Origin: Syntrophorhabdaceae bacterium
GTDB taxonomy: Bacteria; Desulfobacterota; Syntrophorhabdia; Syntrophorhabdales; Syntrophorhabdaceae
DNA length: 64,000 nt
Assembly: GCA_963665295.1 (NCBI GenBank)
Contig: OY762209.1
Coordinates: 768,001-832,000 of the forward strand
Direction: 5' to 3'
Shown here: positions 41,101 to 47,852 of the stretch, one piece after another
Layout of the letters: every line of letters begins with the position of its first letter
How positions within the stretch are numbered: the stretch's first letter is position 1
Program-made: the position numbers and the translations under genes
Notes under the pieces: generated by a model
What the model saw: only the letters and a program-made list of their open reading frames with translations
What the model was told of the DNA's origin: nothing
Databases searched by the model: none

Positions 41101-43746
41101 GAGATATTCAGCGATGAGGAGAAGTTTCTGTTTCGCTATTTCCCGCCGGCCCACTGCGACCCCGATGAACTGATCTATCTGATCCACAGGATTGTAAAGC
41201 CGGTGGATCATAAAGTCAGCAGAATTGTAATAGACAGTGTTTCTGAACTGGAAGAGTTGTTTGACGATAAGAATAGTTTCAAGAACTATATGGCCACCTT
41301 GATTCATGAATTGAAGCAACTAAATGTGACTACCATCTTTCTTTACCGTTCACCCGAGTTTTTCGGGTTTCAAAGGCGCACTAGCACGGTGATCTCCTCT
41401 CTTGTTGATACCATCATATCCATTAAGACCTTCGATATAAAAAACAGGATCAAGAAGGGGCTCTTCGTGTTGAAATCACGTGGCCGAGAACAGAAAAGCA
41501 ATCTCCAGACTATGGAGATTCTTTATGACAAGGGGATTGTGGTCTCGGATAGGGGCTGGGAACTGGAAGGACTCCTTGGAGGAGAGACAGGCGAAATTAA
41601 GGAACCCTATATCTTTCTCAAGCTTTTTTATGAGAATGCAGCAGAAACGAAGATTAACGACTATCTCATTAAGGATTTCAGGGAACGCTACCCCATGAGA
41701 AGCAACAGGCTCTTTGCAACTGTCAGAAAACCCCATATCTATCATGAGTTCTGGAGTTTCAAAGGGAATTACGGGGCGGGACACGCCAATATTCGCATCG
41801 TTTCACTTAACAAATATATGGTTGAAGCCTTTCGGGAAAACGACCGCCTCCACATTCTTGACGGATACTTTTCCAGCTCCCTTAAGGAAGAGATTGAGTC
41901 TGACATAAGATACAACAAGTACTACAACAAGGATAGAAGATTTGATTTTCTGCCCAGCTACAGTGATTTCGGTGTGCTCGTCTTCCAAAAGCATCTGGCA
42001 GAGAAAGCTCAGCCCGAGACCAAAGTAAAGGTCGAAGACAGCAGTTGGGGAGAAATCATCAAAACTCTCACGCCTCTGTGTGAAAGATTGAACACACAAC
42101 CGGACGGGAAGAACGTTTTCTACACTTTTGCCATGCCGCCCCTCGACAACATGACTGAGTTTGTGGCCTTCTTCATGGAGGTTCTCTGGAGCCACGGCGG
42201 TGATCTTTACTGGTTTCCTCCCTTTTCCGAGAGATTGCACGAACCTTCAAGTAACAGGCTTTCCTTCTATAAGCGCATGATTCTCAGGAATAAGCCATTG
42301 CGAAAAGAAGTGGAGTCTTTGATCAAAAACCTTGACCCTAAGGTGCCTGCAAACAAGATTACAATAGATGCAGTGGAGAAGACCCTTAGCGATTTTGCCA
42401 AAGACAGGTACGATATTCCTAACATGATAAGAATCAACGACCAAGAGGCAAAAGGAGCGATGGAGTTCATGTGTGATCTTGTCATCAATGGTCACTGTCC
42501 CAGTCCGGCCCAAGGCGATTTTAGACCCTATGCCCTCATATCGAGAAAGTGGTACAGCGAAGTGACAGAATTTCAGAGACACGTCTCATCGATCAAGTGT
42601 GGCCAAGAGGAGCGCTACAAGCTCTTCAGGGACGGGGTCAAGAAGGAAAGCCCCAAAGACACTAAAGGTGCCGACAACAACCCACCAGCTCTGGAACTCC
42701 ATAAGTTACCTTATTGCAGAGAGACCTTGAAAAGTGTTACGAACCAGGGCATATGGTGTCTGGGCATAATCAAAGAGGCACTTTCCCCCGAAATAGGATG
42801 GATATTCATAGATACCATGGTATCGCCCGAAATACGAAGGATGCGAGCAGTGGAGAAACTCGGCTTCCCTATCAAAATAGAAGACATTCGCTCCGACACA
42901 TACTCATGGGCGGACAAGGATGTCTATGACAAGGTGGCTTCCATCATGGAAACCGATACTGTTCTCGATCAAAAGACGGATAATCTGGCGGTACTCTTTT
43001 ATCTGGACTATGATCGGAAGGACCTGAGTGAGAGGGATCCGTTTGATGAAGCAGTGGAATACCTTGGGAAAGCGAACTGCGACGAGCACCAGATAGGGGA
43101 TATTATCCGTCAACTGCTAGAGGCGTTTCACAAGATTACGGAAAACAAGGTTCTTGCCGACTTAAAGAAGAGACTGGAAACAGGTGGCCGGGAGCAGAGA
43201 ACAATTGATGTGACCGAGGAGGACTTTCTCCTTCAAGATCCTGACGCGGCCAGAATTGAAGGCAAAGTGGATGGGTATCTCATAAAACAGTTCGTACGCC
43301 TCTATCGTGAGAGCGAAACAGACGATTCCAGGGGTACGAGGGCGAACCTGGAGACAATTATCAGAGAAAAGTCAGAAGTGGATATCAACAACTTCATTGA
43401 ACAGGAAAAAAAGAAACTATCTGACAAGATAATCCGTCTCTTCAAGTTTTTTTATAGTGCAACGGATGGCCATTTAGGCCCGATAAGCTCGGCAGAGCAG
43501 GTCGAAAGCTTCATTCGCGAAAACAAATGCACTTTCAACTACGGAAAAGTCGAAAAGCAGCCGATATACTGCTCGAAGCTGGCGGCGAACCGGCCCTATT
43601 TCTATCGTTTTGAACCGATCATTCATAAACACGTCAAGAGACTGTTCCCGGATACGGGAAGCCCCAAGAAGGAACTGATCAACGAGGTGCTCGACTCCAT
43701 GAGACAAGAGATGATTCTGGAAGTATTCAGCAATCCCGGACTGTGA
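38140..43746 (+). CDS. 1868-aa fusion: HD phosphohydrolase + tandem KaiC-like ATPase + solute-binding-protein-like domain
   Basis: HD motifs DH..H, LHDYGK, H.H, IA.AH, LLRLCD.LD; Walker A GGPGTGKT and GSPGSGKT with VDSL/IDSV, RKLR/KSRG; C-terminal SBP-like LP.YSD.GVL.F.K.L, SW.E, LWSHGG, G.W.LGI. Confidence 0.8.
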   Translation: MDSDEVNFEMNDDRHRAVWDQFCNGDPGQIDFKNYQSVLETLLEDTDADLYPQYRKIKELMHDAYENEDLRLHFIDKKDHSHENRILNYLDRFLFEAGPVDEAGKSFPVVKLTPERIFVLLCAVQLHDYGKTRWQLTIYSLIKDVADCMKDNDNKLFVKYNENGQILLTIKARAKDLHDETEQSDLKNLAKQLSDLHSLMDAVDINDLDIDAFGRIEDYHSHNIRHFLDAIIEAKDPKKLKKGFKGKDFVLRHIIPGGTDEDKAEAKLVDHLGSLDNKHLERIKSIASAHKPFKRREGKDGVEDWYYNQAEDEDRWLCALLRLCDSLDMDRRRVIEKKKRDLTYLLDEYYKQKTPNGEVVDDNRLRVFAIWTRFLLVKEIGILHSNEDKKKHRIDILLTYYQFPNADKYFFPLRHMVEKDFMNKKFLLDILDDGQGKTGGLRINLMYRILMEENPDYPAINIDDRMGKIFEKAANKHPTPDIRENGEPDNPVRKHFTPISEDDLRFVAFERDAIELIGEPDEDKKYLYLPNSLNLYSFLNHFKDGDRISPEPLSRHLFSNSKVNPLSHNYLRDNIIRQAGNLQEYVFDGRVLEIMGPLFRVAYRHPILLKSKIDEIEKFQHIMPFSRMDGPKRISSGIPGLQEVISDSEAGGGIVHSRNILIKGGPGTGKTTIALQIFQENLKDNYPRFAGRQVLYITFEENPTRIETECRKCFGWSIEKHRILQLRMKEGNFQMSASQDLHSEENARLAAKIFMNIVDDYHAEVLFVDSLNQLCSFLRSKEIDGKKAIKYIFDEMEMQHITAFYLLEDEEENSFEEYAADGIIYLENKRGKRTLEIRKLRMQKFVPGKHSFRIMDTAALKGKQEIESKWLQPGVNLFPNVETYAERTYAEIPHDSSQRIVKTGIEGLDGLLPISPERPKEGGYLRGSVVLVIGSPGSGKTIFGLQFAKQGIMEKKEEGKCLWISFEGGRAELQFAVGRFHPGLRFNEIFSDEEKFLFRYFPPAHCDPDELIYLIHRIVKPVDHKVSRIVIDSVSELEELFDDKNSFKNYMATLIHELKQLNVTTIFLYRSPEFFGFQRRTSTVISSLVDTIISIKTFDIKNRIKKGLFVLKSRGREQKSNLQTMEILYDKGIVVSDRGWELEGLLGGETGEIKEPYIFLKLFYENAAETKINDYLIKDFRERYPMRSNRLFATVRKPHIYHEFWSFKGNYGAGHANIRIVSLNKYMVEAFRENDRLHILDGYFSSSLKEEIESDIRYNKYYNKDRRFDFLPSYSDFGVLVFQKHLAEKAQPETKVKVEDSSWGEIIKTLTPLCERLNTQPDGKNVFYTFAMPPLDNMTEFVAFFMEVLWSHGGDLYWFPPFSERLHEPSSNRLSFYKRMILRNKPLRKEVESLIKNLDPKVPANKITIDAVEKTLSDFAKDRYDIPNMIRINDQEAKGAMEFMCDLVINGHCPSPAQGDFRPYALISRKWYSEVTEFQRHVSSIKCGQEERYKLFRDGVKKESPKDTKGADNNPPALELHKLPYCRETLKSVTNQGIWCLGIIKEALSPEIGWIFIDTMVSPEIRRMRAVEKLGFPIKIEDIRSDTYSWADKDVYDKVASIMETDTVLDQKTDNLAVLFYLDYDRKDLSERDPFDEAVEYLGKANCDEHQIGDIIRQLLEAFHKITENKVLADLKKRLETGGREQRTIDVTEEDFLLQDPDAARIEGKVDGYLIKQFVRLYRESETDDSRGTRANLETIIREKSEVDINNFIEQEKKKLSDKIIRLFKFFYSATDGHLGPISSAEQVESFIRENKCTFNYGKVEKQPIYCSKLAANRPYFYRFEPIIHKHVKRLFPDTGSPKKELINEVLDSMRQEMILEVFSNPGL

Positions 43747-43851
43747 AAACTACAAGAGTCTCGATGGCGGAGAACTCGCATGGATACGGTTGACCGGGGG
43801 CTTCTCTTTGTCTGCACACTAGAAAACAATGGGCCTCCCAAGACCAAATAA

Positions 43852-44075
43852 CCGAAATGCCTAGCAGGAGTCAGGGCATGTCCTCCTGAGGATTGCGGTG
43901 GTCCGGGAGGGTATGAGAATCTCCTAGAGATGATCTCAGACCCCTCTCACGAAGAATATGAGGATACCCTGGAGTGACTTGGAGGAGAATTCGACCCGGA
44001 AGAATACTTCAGCCCCCGGAGGTGCGCTTTGATAACCCAACCAAGCGATGGAAGATAGCCTTTTCGGACGATTGA
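43852..44075 (+). pseudogene. Remnant of pRiA4b ORF-3-like gene
   Basis: PKCLAGVRACPPEDCGGPGGY...HEEYEDTLE*LGGEFDPE with an in-frame TGA and no 5' part. Confidence 0.8.
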
Positions 44076-44459
44076 ACAGGCGTACGCCGCTGGGGGAACC
44101 AACGGAGATCGGGCAGCTGTCGGGATCTGCTTCGATGTGCCCAGGAGTGGGAACGCTACGAAGCATGAGGGATGCGAGAAGATTTGTTGTGATAAAATCG
44201 TGATAGACAAGAATGAAAAAGACTGGATTAGATAGAATAGACCGGACTAGACGGAAATGAGAAATATGCTTTATTTCAGCAACTTACGGGAAATCAGCCA
44301 TGATATCAAGGGCTTCAATTTTCGTCTTTCTTGCTCTTCGAAACCAGTGGACCAGCGACGAATCGGCGGGCGGGCTTAATTTCCATTTACCCCATTATTC
44401 ATCACTCGTTACAATTCCGTTCTTCTAACCTCCGCAAACCCTTGCCAGTACTTATTCCA

Positions 44460-44488
44460 AGGGGGTTCGAATCCCCCTGGGAATCCCA
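44460..44488 (+). other. tRNA-3'-end-like fragment (possible old att scar)
   Basis: AGGGGGTTCGAATCCCCCTGGGAATCCCA: T-arm hairpin ending in CCA, with no 5' tRNA half. Confidence 0.5.
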
Positions 44489-44542
44489 ATGTCTTCATGA
44501 CCAGAGAACTGACCTCATGGGCGGATCGATTTAGCAGGAAAA

Positions 44543-44758
44543 TTAATCATCCACGTTATCGGCCTTCTTTTCGAGCCGTCTGCAGAGTTCGTCAATTTCT
44601 TGCTCGCTCCATGCGCTTGTCCGTGGGGTCAGCTTGATGGGCTTCGGGAATATCCCCTTGCGAATTCCTGCCCACCAAGTGCTTTTTGATACGGGTATTC
44701 TTTCAAGGACTTGTGGTAGACGTAGGAAACGTCTTGGCTTGGACTCTTGGTCGGACAT
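44543..44758 (-). CDS. alpA: AlpA-family regulator / excisionase
   Basis: FLRLPQVL...VSKSTWW.....G.FPKPIKL..RTSAW; adjacent to the att site. Confidence 0.92.
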   Translation of the reverse strand: MSDQESKPRRFLRLPQVLERIPVSKSTWWAGIRKGIFPKPIKLTPRTSAWSEQEIDELCRRLEKKADNVDD

Positions 44759-44995
44759 GATCGTTGCCTCTCTGTATCGGTTTTTGGACCTAATCCCGGG
44801 CCTGGCCTGCTCCTTCCATTGTCTTGTTTAGGCTGGCCGACTATAGAATTCATCATACCACGAAAGTAAGTGTTATATAATGCGCTAAGCGTCGCACGAA
44901 ATCGCACTACGTAATATCAATAACTTAGGTTAATAGTGCGAAAACTCAATTCTAGCACTATAATAATTTCAAATACTTACATTCCTATGAAGGGG

Positions 44996-45021
44996 GGGTT
45001 CGATTCCCGCCGCCTCCACCA
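44996..45021 (+). other. attR-like core: displaced 3' end of tmRNA (ssrA)
   Basis: GGGTTCGATTCCCGCCGCCTCCACCA, the typical tmRNA 3' terminus; the upstream sequence is AT-rich and not tmRNA; followed by a terminator. Confidence 0.82.
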
Positions 45022-45048
45022 TTTTGGAATCCGATACGCAGCACATGG

Positions 45049-45078
45049 AACCCGCTGGAAACAGCGGGTTTTTTATTT
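45049..45078 (+). terminator. Rho-independent terminator (probably the original ssrA terminator)
   Basis: AACCCGCTG-GAAA-CAGCGGGTT-TTTTATTT. Confidence 0.85.
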
Positions 45079-45264
45079 GCCAACGCCGCGTCATTTGATC
45101 TCGCCTAAGCTTTCCCAATATGCCATTGTCAAAGAGCAGTGCTTCCCATAATTCCCCATCCTGCTTTAGCGAAAGCGGTTTCCCGCCCTCCATCGACATT
45201 TCCCTGTTTGTGCCTCTTGTGAATAGTCGTGAAGGGGGGGGGTTGTCCTTTCGTTTTCCCGGAA

Positions 45265-45780
45265 TTATTGGGGTTCTATCTCCTCAAAAAAAGTGTCTAT
45301 CAGATTGAAGACCTGATGGACGAAAGCCTTATCGAGGGTTTCGGCTTTCGCGTGAATGGACTTTACGAACGCCTCCATGACTGCCGGGGCCGCGCAGTAC
45401 GTTTCCAGCTTAGGGTCCATCTTTTTATGAACGTCCGCGATGGCTTTCACGACGGCGGTGTAGGCATAGGTGGCCTGGACGTCAATCACCGTAGGCCCGA
45501 GGGTTTCGAAGAACCCCTCATACCGCTTTCTCTGGGCTTCAAGACCTGCGATAAGCCCGGTATCGTCTCTGTTCGCTTCTTTCATTGTCGTACCCTCTTT
45601 CTGTTCTCTCAGGGCGCGGGTCTTCCAGCCGCACCTGTCTCTCCATGCCGAGATCGTATTTCTGTGTATGACAAGCCCCTCTGCCGCGAGGCGCCGCGCC
45701 GCTTTCCTGGCGTTATACCCGCATTCCTTCCATCCGAGATATGCCTTTTCAGCCGTGTCTTCATCATACTGTACCCGCAT
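45265..45780 (-). CDS. HTH protein, possibly phage terminase-small-subunit-like
   Basis: N-terminal HTH with NTISAW....GW; family uncertain. Confidence 0.45.
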   Translation of the reverse strand: MRVQYDEDTAEKAYLGWKECGYNARKAARRLAAEGLVIHRNTISAWRDRCGWKTRALREQKEGTTMKEANRDDTGLIAGLEAQRKRYEGFFETLGPTVIDVQATYAYTAVVKAIADVHKKMDPKLETYCAAPAVMEAFVKSIHAKAETLDKAFVHQVFNLIDTFFEEIEPQ

Positions 45781-46021
45781 GGGAGCGCTCCTGCCGCTGG
45801 GTACTATTCATAAGGGACGTACCCAAAGCGTCTCGTGAAGACTAACAAAAGGGCCTCCCCAAGTCCTTTAAAGCAGTTGAATGACAGGGAAAAGATTGGG
45901 GCGCACAGGGCCTGTATGGCGCAGCGTTGAAAAGGTGCCGAATGTCAATTGTGAAGGACCGTCCCGTAAGATACCTTGACTGTCTCTTTTGCGACGCCAC
46001 GGCCATCGTTCCAGCCGGGAG

Positions 46022-47522
46022 TGTAAAATTGACACAAAAGGGCCCACCTGCGCCTCCGACGGTAGAGAGTCCGTAAGGCTGACAATCGTGACTGTCATAT
46101 ATCACGGAGTGCTCCGTTAAATGACAAGGAGGTGATAAAACATGGCAAAGACTATGCAAGAGATTAAGAATGAGGCTCCCGGCGCCTTATTAAATGTTTC
46201 TTGCATATCGTTTAATAAGCTTATACAATATGCAAGAAAGTTTAATAAGAAGATGCAACGAGGGGATGCGGTATGCGTCGAGGATCGTCTGGTGATTATG
46301 TTACTGTCTCTACGGTCGGGGATGAGCGGGTAAGCGCGTTTGTGCCTCATCCGCTGCCGCCGGTTCCGCCGTTGGCGATCGACGACAACCTTCGTGACCT
46401 CATTGACCGGTCGCTTCTTGCCCTTGGCCGCCTCGATGGAGTTACCGCGCTGCTTCCCGATACCCGGCTCTTTCTTTATATGTACGTCCGTAAGGAAGCC
46501 GTATTGTCATCTCAAATAGAAGGCACCCAGTCTTCTCTTTCCGATCTTTTGCTCTTCGAGATCAAGCAAGCCCCCGGTGTTCCGCTTGGCGATGTGGTGG
46601 AGGTATCGAACTATGTCGCCGCCCTTGAACATGGCCTTTCTCGCTGTAGGGACGGCTTTCCCCTATCGAATCGACTGATAAAGGAAATACATGGAGTTCT
46701 GCTGCGAGAAGGGCGAGGCAGTGACAAATCGCCGGGAGAATTTCGCCGGTCCCAGAATTGGATAGGAGGCACGAGGCCTGGAAACGCCTTCTTTGTGCCA
46801 CCGCCACCCGACAGAATAGCCGATACAATGGGCGCTCTGGAATTGTTCCTTCATGATCAGCCCGTGAAGACTCCTGTCCTCATAAGAGCGGCACTCGCAC
46901 ATGCTCAGTTCGAGACCATCCACCCATTCCTTGACGGGAACGGAAGAGTCGGGAGACTTCTCGTGCCCCTTCTGCTGTGCATCGAAGGTATACTGAAGGA
47001 GCCGCTCCTCTATCTCAGCCTTTATTTCAAGGCCCATAGAGCCCAATACTATGATCTTCTTAACGGCATTCGCACTGAAGGGGATTGGGAGGCGTGGGTC
47101 TCGTTCTTTTTGGAGGGCGTGCGCCAGATGGCGGAAAGCGCCGTAATAGCGGCCCGTCGTCTGGCGGACATGATTGCGCGCGATCGTGAACGCATTCAGC
47201 GTCTGGGGCGCATTGCAGGTTCTTCCTTGCAGGTGCATCAGGCTCTCCAGGCAAGGCCCATCGCCACCATTGCGTCTCTTTCCTCCGAGACGGGTCTCTC
47301 AATGCCCACGGTAACCAAAGCCGTTCAGGCGCTTGAAGACGGAGGATTCGTAACGGAAATAACAGGCCGACGGAGGGGAAAGATTTACAATTACGGGGAA
47401 TACATGGATATCATGAATGAGGGGGCCAACCCGGAATAGTACAAAGATGGAGGGAAGAAATGTCTTTTCCTGACATCAAAAAGGTCTTCGTTGTGAAATT
47501 GACACAAAAGCGCCCACCTGCG
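46022..47522 (+). repeat. 31-bp direct repeats (46022..46052, 47492..47522) flanking fic
   Basis: TGT(A/G)AAATTGACACAAAAG(G/C)GCCCACCTGCG, 2 mismatches. Confidence 0.8.
46273..47439 (+). CDS. Fic family protein (AMPylase) with C-terminal HTH
   Basis: HPFLDGNGRVGR catalytic motif; EAVLSSQIEGT. Confidence 0.95.
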   Translation: MRRGSSGDYVTVSTVGDERVSAFVPHPLPPVPPLAIDDNLRDLIDRSLLALGRLDGVTALLPDTRLFLYMYVRKEAVLSSQIEGTQSSLSDLLLFEIKQAPGVPLGDVVEVSNYVAALEHGLSRCRDGFPLSNRLIKEIHGVLLREGRGSDKSPGEFRRSQNWIGGTRPGNAFFVPPPPDRIADTMGALELFLHDQPVKTPVLIRAALAHAQFETIHPFLDGNGRVGRLLVPLLLCIEGILKEPLLYLSLYFKAHRAQYYDLLNGIRTEGDWEAWVSFFLEGVRQMAESAVIAARRLADMIARDRERIQRLGRIAGSSLQVHQALQARPIATIASLSSETGLSMPTVTKAVQALEDGGFVTEITGRRRGKIYNYGEYMDIMNEGANPE

Positions 47523-47852
47523 GCGCCATGGTCCGGCCGGTGCCCTTCGACGTATGGGAATATACGCCTGCGGTCCTCCTATGCTCCCCTGACACCACAT
47601 CCGGACCTTCCGGCCAATTCCACCCTCCACAGCAGGCGGCTCAAAGAGCTCATTTTGGTCAATTGGGGCAGGGGTTTGTTGTTGGGAAAGATATTTCTTG
47701 CAAAGTAATTGCAAATAATTGGAAAATAAGGGAGGAGGGGCATAGCTAATCTCCCCCAAAATGAGGTTCTGAATTTCTATAAAAGTGGCCGATAGAGGAT
47801 GTTATACAGAACTATTTTCTGTATATTTACTTGTTTGAAGTGAATTTATATC

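Larger units (their letters stand above)
1..45021. mobile_element. Integrative conjugative element, right part
   Basis: T4SS, MOB_F relaxase, oriT, T4CP, cargo, AlpA and att core; the left end and integrase are outside the window. Confidence 0.82.

Noticed and set aside
38140..43746. Bona fide circadian clock locus (kaiC)
   Set aside because: No kaiA/kaiB, and the ATPase is embedded in a much larger fusion; the gene symbol is withheld.
44996..45021. Complete tRNA or tmRNA gene
   Set aside because: Only the 3' T-arm/acceptor strand is present, so it is treated as an att core.
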